DNA from: Candidatus Heimdallarchaeota archaeon
GTDB lineage: Archaea; Asgardarchaeota; Heimdallarchaeia; Heimdallarchaeales; Heimdallarchaeaceae
Assembly (NCBI GenBank): GCA_016839945.1
Contig: JAEOTE010000045.1
Coordinates: forward strand, 1-26,241
Length of the DNA stretch: 26,241 nt
Direction: 5' to 3'
Of this stretch, positions 17,027-25,811 are shown piece after piece. Within the stretch, counting starts at the first letter, position 1. The number at the start of each line of letters is the position of its first letter. A program made the translations under genes and the position numbers. Under the pieces are notes generated by a model that worked only from the letters and a program-made list of their open reading frames with translations, was not told the DNA's origin and ran no database searches.

Positions 17027-17854
17027 TTATCTTGCTTCAGCTAAGATATTTGCAACTGTTTTACTAACTTTCTTCATTTTCTCAATTTCTATAGATTTCT
17101 CTTGTTTATGATCTTTATATTTTCTTTCAGAGATTTCTCCAGTTTGAGAATTTACATACAATACCTCTAATTCCCTCTGTAATGATTTCATTTTTCTTTC
17201 TAAAGCATCAAAAGTTTTTCTCATTTTTGCTAGTTCTACATTCAGTTTAATTGTCAGATTTTCAATATTCTTCTTGTATTTAGTTTCCATCTCTTCTAAT
17301 GTTGCTTTGCTTACTGCTTTATCTCCTTTAAGCCCACTAAGTTTCTTGAGTTTCTTTCTCTCATTATTTCTATCTTCAATTATTTCCTCTATGGGCAGAA
17401 TAGCTGAAAAATCCTCAAAATCCTTTTCTTTTTTATCTACTTCTTCAACTTCTTCTTTGAGTTTTTGAATTCTAGGTAAGGCTTCATCCCTTGGAACAAG
17501 TTTATTCTTAACTCTATCAAGTAGTTTATTTATTTCATCATCTAAATCTGCTTTTTTCTTCAGAAGAGCATTGAAATCTTCGCGTTTTACTATTACATCA
17601 GCGATTCTTTCAACAAGTTCTTCATCCGTTAAGTCTCTCTTATCCTTTTCTTCTTCTACCTTCACTTCTTCAACTTCAAGAGGTTCATAAATCATTCCAG
17701 TGGGTGATTCTGGATCTTCCTTTGCTATTTCTATGACTTCATCCTTTACAACTAATTCTTCTGATTCATCTTTATGCATCAACCTTGCTCCACATTTTCG
17801 ACAAAAGTTCCAATGTGATTGAACCGGGTTTCTACAGTAATGACATTCTACCAT
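17027..17854 (-). CDS. Zinc-ribbon protein with CdvA-like coiled coil
   Basis: N-terminal CHYC...FCRKCG. Long coiled coil containing GDKAVSKATLEEMETKY and RELEVLYVNSQTGEISERKY. AGGTG SD. Confidence 0.65.
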   Translation of the reverse strand: MVECHYCRNPVQSHWNFCRKCGARLMHKDESEELVVKDEVIEIAKEDPESPTGMIYEPLEVEEVKVEEEKDKRDLTDEELVERIADVIVKREDFNALLKKKADLDDEINKLLDRVKNKLVPRDEALPRIQKLKEEVEEVDKKEKDFEDFSAILPIEEIIEDRNNERKKLKKLSGLKGDKAVSKATLEEMETKYKKNIENLTIKLNVELAKMRKTFDALERKMKSLQRELEVLYVNSQTGEISERKYKDHKQEKSIEIEKMKKVSKTVANILAEAR

Positions 17855-17925
17855 AATGAAACACCTATCTTATGTTATTTTTGAAGTTATCCTTAAAAAA
17901 GATAATCTTTTGCATTTATTTAATT

Positions 17926-18477
17926 ATGCTATCAGTAGTAATATGTTCAGAGAACCCAGTTAAGATTTTAGCGGCTAAGGAGGCTTTTTCCTCATATTTC
18001 AAAGATTTAATCTTCAAAACAATAAATCTTGATGAATATAAGTCAGTTTCAAAACAACCTATGAATGCTAGAGAGACTCTTGAATCTGCAGTTAATAGAG
18101 TAAAAATTGCTCGAAAATTAGAGAAAGCTAGCTATTATGTTAGTATGGAAGGGGGAATTGCAAAGGATGAGTATGGTGCATTTCTTACATGGTACGTATG
18201 TATAAGTAGTGATTCTGGAAAGAAGTCAGTTTCAGGAGGTGGGAGAATGCCACTTCCAGTTGCAATTTATGACGAACTTTCACACAATAAGGATATTGAA
18301 CTAGGGAACATTATGGACAGAATTGCACATGAAGAAAATATAAAACAAAAAGGAGGAAGTACTGCTATTTTCACAGGAAATAGAATTCAAAGGAAAGATG
18401 TCTTCAAGAGGGAGATAATAATAGCATTAGTTCCCTTTACAAGCAAAGCATACAAAGAGCTAGAAAGAATATCATAA
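17926..18477 (+). CDS. yjjX: Inosine/xanthosine triphosphatase (YjjX / NTPase_I-T family)
   Basis: SENPVKI, VSKQPM, ETLESAVNR, SMEGGI, ELGNIMD, NIKQKGG, IIIALVPF. Start moved to the ATG at 17926 because the longer ORF runs through promoter-like DNA. Confidence 0.88.
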   Translation: MLSVVICSENPVKILAAKEAFSSYFKDLIFKTINLDEYKSVSKQPMNARETLESAVNRVKIARKLEKASYYVSMEGGIAKDEYGAFLTWYVCISSDSGKKSVSGGGRMPLPVAIYDELSHNKDIELGNIMDRIAHEENIKQKGGSTAIFTGNRIQRKDVFKREIIIALVPFTSKAYKELERIS

Positions 18478-18552
18478 TAGAATTTTGTATAAAAGACATA
18501 TTTTATAAATATCACACTTAATTCTTTATCAATCAAATCAAATTGTGATATT

Positions 18553-18801
18553 ATGAAAGATAAAGTTCAAGCAACCTTAAATGAAATACGTGTAGCACTA
18601 CAACAAGATGGTGGAGATATTGCACTTATTGATGTTGAGGAAGAAAGTGGAGTTGTAAGAGTAGAATTACAAGGAGCTTGCAGAGGTTGTCCTTATAGTC
18701 AGCTAACTCTTACTGGTTATGTTGAAAAGCTTCTAATAGAACGAGTTCCTGGTGTTACACAAGTTGTAAACGTGAATTTAGAATCATTAAAGCCTTCTTA
18801 G
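18553..18801 (+). CDS. nifU: NifU/Nfu-type Fe-S cluster carrier domain protein
   Basis: IRVALQQDGGDI and LQGACRGCPYSQLTL (CxxC). Confidence 0.9.
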   Translation: MKDKVQATLNEIRVALQQDGGDIALIDVEEESGVVRVELQGACRGCPYSQLTLTGYVEKLLIERVPGVTQVVNVNLESLKPS

Positions 18802-18870
18802 CATTTACATAAAGTTTTTTTATCTACTTTCAGTTATATCATTAGATTGTTATTATTAGAGGATACTTAA

Positions 18871-21384
18871 ATGCCTGAAACCATTCCACCTGAAATACTA
18901 GCTCATCAGAATAGAATCAGTCCAGAATTAAGAGAGTTCTTGATTCAGACCCTCGAAGAAAAATTCTCAAATGAAAATTCAAAACAAATCGGGAGAATTC
19001 TGTGGAATCTAGTTGATGATCCTGTTTATGAAACAGATGAAGAGCTAAAGTACTTAGCCAGTAAAATTGGCGTAATGGTAGGCCAATATGATTTAGCCAT
19101 AAAATGTATAACAGAGTCAATACCAGGCACTAAAGTATGGGGAAGTGTAGCTCTATTTGAGGTGGGTGAGGTTGATCAAGCGATTAGCAATTTACACCAA
19201 GTTATAGAGAATGAAACAACTGATTTACTTCCATTAATTGAATCAATCTTCTGGGTTATTTATTTAAAATTACTAGTTGGCGATACTGAAGGCATTGATA
19301 ACTACAAGAATCTTTTAGGAGCATTATTTGATGAAAGGAATATTCGATTAATCCCTAAACAACATCAAGAATTAAAGGATTTTGCTGAAGGTCTTGTAGA
19401 ACTTCAATCTGCAAACAATATTGTAGGTCTTAAACAAGTGGAAGAGTTTTTGCAGAATCGAAAAGAAGCCAATGATCAATATTGGCAACTAATAGCTACT
19501 TTAACTTTGGGAGAACAAAAACTTGATTCTTCAGATTTTATTTCATCTGAAGCAATATATGAAGAAGCTAGGAATCTTGCTGACAATTTATCAAATGTAG
19601 CACTCTTAGGTGCAGCTGATATTGGTATCACCACTGTTTATTATCTAAAAGGGGAATTGAAAAAAGGCAACATTCTATCAGCACAAATAATCGATAGACT
19701 TCAAGGAATATCACAATATTATCTTTCCAAGGCTAACTATGTTAGAGGCCAAATTCTCACAAAACTTGGTCAGCATAAAGCAGCAAGAGAAAGTCTTCAA
19801 ATGTCTTATTCATTAGCTAATCAATATCATGACTACAATAAAGGATTTCTGGCTTTACTTGCTATTGCTGATAGTCATATAATTACTAATGAGAGAGAAA
19901 AAGCTCAAGAGGTTTATGATAAAGCATACAATCAAGTTGTAAACATCGCAAATAAAAGACAGTTTACTAAAGCTCTAGTTCATATCGCTGTAGGAGATTA
20001 CAGACAAGGGAATCTAGAAAACGCTCAAAAAAGAATTAATCAAATCGAAACTCTTGCGGAAGAGATTCAATATCAAAAAGGAAAAACTGATGCTCTCCGT
20101 TTAAGAGCTCAGATTGCCATCAATAGGAACGAAGACATAAAGAAACAAATTTTCGCTCTTGAAGCATGTCAAATTTTATATTTAGAAGTTGGAGATGAAG
20201 AGAGTCATGCGAGTTGTGATGTTCTAATTGCAGAAGCTTATACTAGATTGGGTGATGCTAGAAAAGCGGCATCTCACCTTGATTCAGCAAAAGATTTCTA
20301 TCTAAAAATATCAGATAGCATGAAAATTGCAGAAATTAAGGAATTACAAGCTAGTTTCGATATTGAGTCTGGTAGGTTTGATGAAGCTTTAGTAAAACTA
20401 AGATCATCTTATAGCCATTTTTCTGATGTCTTTGATAGAAATAAAAGAGTTAGATGTTTAAGAAAAATTGCTGATATTCTAGCAGTTAAAGGAGATTTTA
20501 GAGAGAGCTTAGCAAGATACAGAAAAGTTCAGGAATTAATGCCAGATAAGTCTAACAATATAGAAAATTCCATTATAAGTCTAAATAGAGCAAGAATTAA
20601 TCAGTATTTAGGCAACTATGAAAAAACAAAAGTAGAATATAGATTTGCAGAACGATTTTTCTTTGAAAATAATCTTGATGATATCCTAACACAAATAATA
20701 GCTGAAAAAGGACTTCTTTACATTTTTAGCGAAGAAGAGGAGTTATTTGAGGAGATTATTGGTGAGCTACAGGAGAGAGCTGAAGAAGGTAAAAAAGATG
20801 CTGATGTTTGGATACTTTATTTGAATGGAATGAAGCAGATACAAAACAAGGAATATAACGAAGCATATGGAAATCTAATCACAACATTACAATCTACTTT
20901 GGAAACTAATAGTCTTATTTCTGTTGGAGTTTTATTTAACTTAATTAGAACAATTGTTGAAATTTACAAAGAAAATCTAAAACAACCATTTATCTCAGAG
21001 GAAGTAAAGAATTACATTGGTCTTATAAAGGGAATTGTAACAGAATCCAATTTCTTTTATCTAAAAGGAATTCTTTATCTTGTCAACTTACTTTGGCAAT
21101 TAATTGCATCAGAAGATGAAGACTATAACGAGATAATTGTACAAGCTTCAGAGTATTACGCTAGCACAGGAATTGAAGAATTTGGTAATTTCTTGCTTAT
21201 TCTTCAATATAATATTGGTGAATGGTTTGGTCAAAAAGACACCAAAATCCATAGCATTCTAGCAACACCTAAGAAATATGATTCACCTGAAATCGTTCTG
21301 ATGGAAATACTTGAAAAAACCGGAAAAGCGATAATTTTGGAGAATCTTCTAACTATTGAAAAAGAAATACTCCAACAAATGTAG
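18871..21384 (+). CDS. Large tetratricopeptide-repeat (alpha-solenoid) protein
   Basis: Repeated helical hairpins such as ANYVRGQILTKLGQHKAARESLQMSY, IAVGDYRQGNLENAQKRI and IADILAVKGDFRESLARY. Confidence 0.85.
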   Translation: MPETIPPEILAHQNRISPELREFLIQTLEEKFSNENSKQIGRILWNLVDDPVYETDEELKYLASKIGVMVGQYDLAIKCITESIPGTKVWGSVALFEVGEVDQAISNLHQVIENETTDLLPLIESIFWVIYLKLLVGDTEGIDNYKNLLGALFDERNIRLIPKQHQELKDFAEGLVELQSANNIVGLKQVEEFLQNRKEANDQYWQLIATLTLGEQKLDSSDFISSEAIYEEARNLADNLSNVALLGAADIGITTVYYLKGELKKGNILSAQIIDRLQGISQYYLSKANYVRGQILTKLGQHKAARESLQMSYSLANQYHDYNKGFLALLAIADSHIITNEREKAQEVYDKAYNQVVNIANKRQFTKALVHIAVGDYRQGNLENAQKRINQIETLAEEIQYQKGKTDALRLRAQIAINRNEDIKKQIFALEACQILYLEVGDEESHASCDVLIAEAYTRLGDARKAASHLDSAKDFYLKISDSMKIAEIKELQASFDIESGRFDEALVKLRSSYSHFSDVFDRNKRVRCLRKIADILAVKGDFRESLARYRKVQELMPDKSNNIENSIISLNRARINQYLGNYEKTKVEYRFAERFFFENNLDDILTQIIAEKGLLYIFSEEEELFEEIIGELQERAEEGKKDADVWILYLNGMKQIQNKEYNEAYGNLITTLQSTLETNSLISVGVLFNLIRTIVEIYKENLKQPFISEEVKNYIGLIKGIVTESNFFYLKGILYLVNLLWQLIASEDEDYNEIIVQASEYYASTGIEEFGNFLLILQYNIGEWFGQKDTKIHSILATPKKYDSPEIVLMEILEKTGKAIILENLLTIEKEILQQM

Positions 21385-21409
21385 AAGAAGAAAGAAATTA
21401 TAATTACAT

Positions 21410-22711
21410 TTATTTTGAAAGTGTTTTTACCATATTCTCGATTATTTCTGTAGCTAATCCAGAATAATTATCAGGATTTAGTATTTCATCTATTTCTTTT
21501 TCTGTATAGAATTTGCTAATAGTAGTGTTAGATTTAACAGCTTTAACAAAGTTCTCAGCAGATGATAATTGCCTTAATAATTCATGAGCTTTTTGGCGCC
21601 CAATTTTGTTTGTCATTTTAATCATCAAATGTTCTGCACATTGCGATCCTTTCTTTAGAAAAAGATTTTCTTCGATTTTTGAACGGTTTAAATAGATATT
21701 TCTTAGAATTGTATTCATCTGTAATAGAATATAATGAGTCAAAATGGAAGTTTCTGCAAGAATTACTCTTTCTGAACTCGAATTTGTTAAATCTCTCTCA
21801 TGTTCTAAACAGATATTTTCTAGAGCTACCTGTATGTTGCTTCTTATTACTCGAGCTAATCCACAAATCCTTTCACTTTTTTCTGGATTTCTTTTTTGTG
21901 GCATAGTAGAAGAACCAACTTGTTTTTCAGAAAATTCTTCTCTAACTTCATCAATTTCTGTTCTCTGAAGGTTTCGTATTTCTCTAGCAAAATGATCTAA
22001 AACTGTAGCTATCAAACTCAATGCAGAGATATAGTTATAGTAAATCACTCTTGATACAACTTGTGTAGTAATAGGTAACCTTTCTAATCCAACTTTCTTC
22101 AGCACATGTTTTTCTATCTCTTGTGTTCCAAAAGATGCATAAGTTCCAACTGCACCAGACATCTTACCATAGTTTACTTTAGCATTTTCAAGAACTTCTT
22201 TTGCTAATACTAGTTCATTCAGAAAATTACCAAATTTCATCCCATATGTAGTTGGAACAGCATGAATTCCATGTGTTCTTCCTATACAGATAAGATCCTT
22301 GTGTTCTACCGCTAACTCTTTTACGATATTAATGGTTTCTTTAATAGTTTGGAAAATTATTGCCTTTGCTTCCTTTAGTTGTAAACCTCTAACTGTGTCT
22401 TGGATATCATAGGAGGTTGCGCCTAAGTGAATGTACTCACCAAATTTATCACATTGTTCAGAAATTGCTTTTACAACACTCATTAAATCATGATGTATTT
22501 CTTTTTCTATCTCTTTAGCTCTCTCAAGTTTAACAAAGTTTGAATTGCATTTTTCTTGAATAAAGTCATGTGCTTCTTTGGGGATTTTACCTTGTTCAAA
22601 ATTAGCTGCAGCAAGTTCTTTTTCTATTAATAGTTGTAATTCAAACTTCTTTTTCTCGGAAAAAATCTCAGCTAATGGTGTTTTATATCTGTTAATTTCT
22701 AACATATACAT
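21410..22711 (-). CDS. purB: Adenylosuccinate lyase
   Basis: HHDL, HLGATSYDI, GRTHGIHAVPTTYG, SGAVGT, fumarate-lyase signature GSSTMPQKRNP, EHERDL. Confidence 0.96.
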   Translation of the reverse strand: MYMLEINRYKTPLAEIFSEKKKFELQLLIEKELAAANFEQGKIPKEAHDFIQEKCNSNFVKLERAKEIEKEIHHDLMSVVKAISEQCDKFGEYIHLGATSYDIQDTVRGLQLKEAKAIIFQTIKETINIVKELAVEHKDLICIGRTHGIHAVPTTYGMKFGNFLNELVLAKEVLENAKVNYGKMSGAVGTYASFGTQEIEKHVLKKVGLERLPITTQVVSRVIYYNYISALSLIATVLDHFAREIRNLQRTEIDEVREEFSEKQVGSSTMPQKRNPEKSERICGLARVIRSNIQVALENICLEHERDLTNSSSERVILAETSILTHYILLQMNTILRNIYLNRSKIEENLFLKKGSQCAEHLMIKMTNKIGRQKAHELLRQLSSAENFVKAVKSNTTISKFYTEKEIDEILNPDNYSGLATEIIENMVKTLSK

Positions 22712-22854
22712 TCTACTCTTTTTGATATTAACAAATAATAATGAAGTTTGATTATTATAAATATGACTTATACGAAGAAGAAAATATCAGAAGAGTAAGT
22801 TATCCATTTCCTTCATGCAAAACCTTTTTTTACAATTCTCACTATATTGTAATT

Positions 22855-23904
22855 ATGCCATACGAAAGAATGACACGTAATTTAAATCAAAGTATTTTTT
22901 CTTTTATCATTGGGACTGCATTTAGTGGAATTTTAATTGCATTATTCTCAATGGATGCTCTTATTTTAGCCATTTTTGAAGTTCCGTTAGCTTTTCTAGT
23001 TGCTCTTATTGCAGTTACAGAATGTGTTTATTCTTATAGAGATGAAGTATCATTAGATTCAACCTTCAAAATGTTAAGATCTCTCCTTAAATCTCTTCTA
23101 ATATCTATACCTGTAGTATTATTATACAGCGCAATTATTCTAATATTACATCAAACCATACAAATATTTGAAAATGCTTTAGATCCACTTTTTAATAATA
23201 GAATACAAGGAATGTCGGAGATAGCAGCAATCCCATTGTTATGTTATATTCCAATATTTATCATGCTCTTTGCTTTACCATTCCTATTGTATGTTTATGG
23301 TAAGGTACATATTCTTTTGTGGGGAAAACCTAAAGAAAAGAAAGAAAAACTAAGAGAAACTCTCGCTGAAGAAAAGGAGAAGGAATTTAGAGAAAAAGTA
23401 TTTCGCATGATAGATAAACTTGAACAAGATGCCATTCGATTACAGCAATACTTCTTAGAATTACAAGGGGTCACTCCTCTTATTGATTCAGTAAATGATC
23501 ATGAATCATACAGGACTCTTAATCTTCGATTAAACATGATGAATGATTATGTCAAATCTCTTGAAGTTGAGGATACTAAAGAAAATAAAGAGATATTACA
23601 GGATGAAGAAGTTAGCAGAAAAATAAGAGAATTAGATATTCAGAAGAAGACTATTATTGACGTCTTGGAACAAAATATGAAGAAATTAAAGAGTGAAAAA
23701 GGTAAGTTTGAGAAAGAAGAGGGAGAAGAAGAGATAGAGGAAGAGGAAGAAACAGTAGAGGAAGTAGTAGAAGAAGTAGTAGAAGAAGAAGGGGAAGAAG
23801 AAGGGGAAGAAGAAAAGACAGAGGAAACTGAAGAAATAGTTACTGAAGAAAAAACAGAAGAGACTGAAGATACTAAAAACGAAGAAAAGTCAGAAGAAAG
23901 CTAA
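22855..23904 (+). CDS. Membrane protein (4 TM) with coiled coil and Glu-rich acidic tail
   Basis: Four hydrophobic helices, a heptad-rich region and a poly-Glu C-terminus. Likely start is the ATG at 22855; the track's start at 22741 spans the divergent promoter region. Confidence 0.72.
   Translation: MPYERMTRNLNQSIFSFIIGTAFSGILIALFSMDALILAIFEVPLAFLVALIAVTECVYSYRDEVSLDSTFKMLRSLLKSLLISIPVVLLYSAIILILHQTIQIFENALDPLFNNRIQGMSEIAAIPLLCYIPIFIMLFALPFLLYVYGKVHILLWGKPKEKKEKLRETLAEEKEKEFREKVFRMIDKLEQDAIRLQQYFLELQGVTPLIDSVNDHESYRTLNLRLNMMNDYVKSLEVEDTKENKEILQDEEVSRKIRELDIQKKTIIDVLEQNMKKLKSEKGKFEKEEGEEEIEEEEETVEEVVEEVVEEEGEEEGEEEKTEETEEIVTEEKTEETEDTKNEEKSEES
23711..23900 (+). repeat. Low-complexity GAA/GAG-rich tract encoding the acidic tail, with short duplications
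   Basis: EEVV x2, EEEG x2 and EEKTEETE x2, visible at nucleotide level. Confidence 0.7.
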
Positions 23905-24562
23905 TTTGCTTTCTTATAGGCTTCAAGAACTTTTTCTACAAAATCATCTTCAGGATATGCTCCTTCGAATTGAACATCCCCTTCGTTAATTACTGTTTTT
24001 GGAACGCCCATTACATAGAATTTCTGTGATAATAAAGGAAACTCGGTTGCCTCAACCATCTCTCCATGGATATTGGGATTAGCCATAGCTAACTTATGCG
24101 CTAAACGCACTGCTGGAGGACAGTATGGACATGTAGGAGTAACGAAAACTTGGATTTTTATTGGTTTGTCTATTTTCTTAATTTTCTCAAGATTTTCTTC
24201 CTTTAATGTTATTTTTCTAGCAGAAATATCTAAAATATCTTCTACTAGAGATCCAAATTCATAACCACTTGGTATCCCAGTAAATACAACTTTGTGTTCA
24301 GTGTCACCGTGTAAGAGGATAGTTGGGAATCTCTCAACTCCATACTTTTCTATTTCAGGAGGATTGTCTCTCTCTCGTACATAGTTATTTCTATCATATT
24401 TTCAGGAGCCAATTCAGCTAGCAATTCCAAAATTTCTTTTGTTTGAGCACATGTCAAACAACGATCTTTATCTGTAAAAAGTTTAACATAAACTTTATTT
24501 TCCATATGCTGGAATATTTCTTTTACTTGTCGTTTTATATTGTCATCAACTTCTAAAGACAT
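23901..24562 (-). pseudogene. pdo: Protein disulfide oxidoreductase (PDO; two thioredoxin folds) interrupted by a frameshift in a (GA)5 repeat
   Basis: The 5' frame encodes ...RCLTCAQT...MYER. A second frame continues DNPPEIEKYGVERFPTILL...FTGIPSGYEFGSLVEDI...VFVTPTCPYCPPAV...VEATEFP...GVPKTVIN...FEGAYPE. Removing one GA from 24367-24376 gives a single 219-aa ORF. AGGTGA SD before the ATG at 24562. Confidence 0.88.
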
Positions 24563-24614
24563 ATTTATCACCTATGTGTATAAGGCTTGCACACATGAAA
24601 TTAGGAGAGTCCTC

Positions 24615-24637
24615 TTTTAAATTTTTTGCTTAAGCAA
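24615..24637 (-). promoter_or_regulatory. Candidate TATA box and adjacent perfect palindrome upstream of pdo
   Basis: Minus strand reads TTGCTTAAGCAA (24626-24637, perfect 12-bp palindrome), then AAAA, then TTTAAAA (24615-24621). Confidence 0.45.
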
Positions 24638-24641
24638 GAAT

Positions 24642-24657
24642 AAAAAAGGAAAAAAAA
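24642..24657 (-). terminator. Oligo-T terminator after the parvulin gene
   Basis: Minus strand reads T8-CC-T6 immediately after the TGA. Confidence 0.55.
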
Positions 24658-24930
24658 TCAACCAGTTCTTTTAATTATATGATATCCAAACTGGGTTTTA
24701 ACAACTTCTGATAATTCTCCCTTTTTTAATGAAAAAGCTGTTTGTTCGAATTCCTTAACCATTTGCCCTCTTTGGAAAAATCCTAGATTTCCTCCTTTTT
24801 TACCTGAAGGGCATAAAGAATGCTTTTTTGCCAATTCTGTGAAATCAGCACCTTTCTTTATTTCATCAAGAATTCTAGATGCTTCTGAATGTTTCTTAAC
24901 TAGTATATGACTTGCTTTTACTTTGGACAT
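24658..24930 (-). CDS. ppiC: Parvulin-type peptidyl-prolyl cis-trans isomerase
   Basis: [59 protein letters not shown]. Confidence 0.95.
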   Translation of the reverse strand: MSKVKASHILVKKHSEASRILDEIKKGADFTELAKKHSLCPSGKKGGNLGFFQRGQMVKEFEQTAFSLKKGELSEVVKTQFGYHIIKRTG

Positions 24931-24991
24931 GATATCACACCACCAAATTTACTAAACATAATAAAAATATTTGGAATGAGTAAATTTTAAA

Positions 24992-25696
24992 TTACTCTAA
25001 GATTATTCGAGCATCTATAGCTTTTAATCCATTTTTTGTTGCAACAACAGGATTCAAATCCATTTCTTTGATTATTGGATTTGCCTCAATTAGATTAGAA
25101 ATACGTAAAACAAGAGATTTTAATTCATCCTTATCTACCTTTGGTTTTCCCCTATAACCGTCTAGCATCTTTCTACCTTTAATTTCATTGATCATATCTT
25201 CTACATCCACTTTTTTCACAGGGATTAGACGAAAGGATACATCCTTGTATACTTCTACAAAAATACCTCCAATTCCGAAAGCTATCATTTTTCCAAACTG
25301 AGGATCAGTATTTGTTCCAATAAGTAATTCAACTCCTTCAACAATCTCTTCAATACTAAAACCGTCTATCTTTGCATCCGGGTAAAATCCTCTGACCTTA
25401 GTCATCATTTCTTCATAACTTTTCTTTAGATCTTCAGCAAATTTAATACCAATTTTCACTCCTCCTGAATCAGATTTATGCAAAACATCTTCTGAAACAA
25501 CTTTGAGAACAATGGGATAACCAATATTTTTAGCTTTAACTAAACAATCATCCAAATCTTTAGCGATTTCCATTTTATTTAATGGAATACCTGCTAAGTT
25601 CATTATTTTTCTAGATTCCTCATAAGTTAAAATTGTTCTATTGTTATCCTTCACTTTATTCAGGAGTTTTTCTATTTCATCATTCATTACTTTCAT
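24992..25696 (-). CDS. acdB: Second, stand-alone ADP-forming acyl-CoA ligase beta subunit
   Basis: GYPIVLKVVS, HKSDSGGV, ELLIG...DPQFGKMIAFGIGGIFVEVYKDVSFRLIP, EMDLNP, IDARII. Confidence 0.92.
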   Translation of the reverse strand: MKVMNDEIEKLLNKVKDNNRTILTYEESRKIMNLAGIPLNKMEIAKDLDDCLVKAKNIGYPIVLKVVSEDVLHKSDSGGVKIGIKFAEDLKKSYEEMMTKVRGFYPDAKIDGFSIEEIVEGVELLIGTNTDPQFGKMIAFGIGGIFVEVYKDVSFRLIPVKKVDVEDMINEIKGRKMLDGYRGKPKVDKDELKSLVLRISNLIEANPIIKEMDLNPVVATKNGLKAIDARIILE

Positions 25697-25773
25697 GCAC
25701 CATTATGTAGATTTTGTGAGATTTTAATGATTTCTCTTTTGATTTCAAATTTAAAAAAGATACTATATGCATG

Positions 25774-25802
25774 AAAAACTAAAAAGAAAAAGAAAAGAAA
25801 AA
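25774..25802 (-). terminator. Polypyrimidine/oligo-T terminator after the Ig-like surface protein gene
   Basis: Minus strand reads TTTTTCTTTTCTTTTTCTTTTTAGTTTTT just after the stop. Confidence 0.55.
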
Positions 25803-25811
25803 GGAGATAAA

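Noticed and set aside
17872-17925. Hydrophobic N-terminal extension of YjjX as a signal peptide (likewise 22741-22854 for the 4-TM protein)
   Set aside because: These are AT-rich divergent promoter regions. YjjX homology begins at the ATG at 17926, and the downstream ATG at 22855 is the more plausible start for the 4-TM protein.
23711-23900. Repetitive tract considered as a CRISPR array or satellite
   Set aside because: No fixed repeat-spacer periodicity; fully explained by Glu codons.
23901-24110. 69-aa and 73-aa (24350-24571) ORFs as independent genes
   Set aside because: Both are fragments of the single frameshifted pdo gene.
14496-24264. Short nested or antisense ORFs (14496, 16804, 17274, 18917, 21679, 21744, 24073)
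   Set aside because: Shadow ORFs of longer supported genes.
24350-24352. Pyrrolysine or selenocysteine readthrough at the premature pdo stop
   Set aside because: The stop is TAG, and in-frame readthrough gives KSMELRDSQLSS..., which is not thioredoxin-like and stops again soon. The homology continues in another frame, so this is a frameshift.
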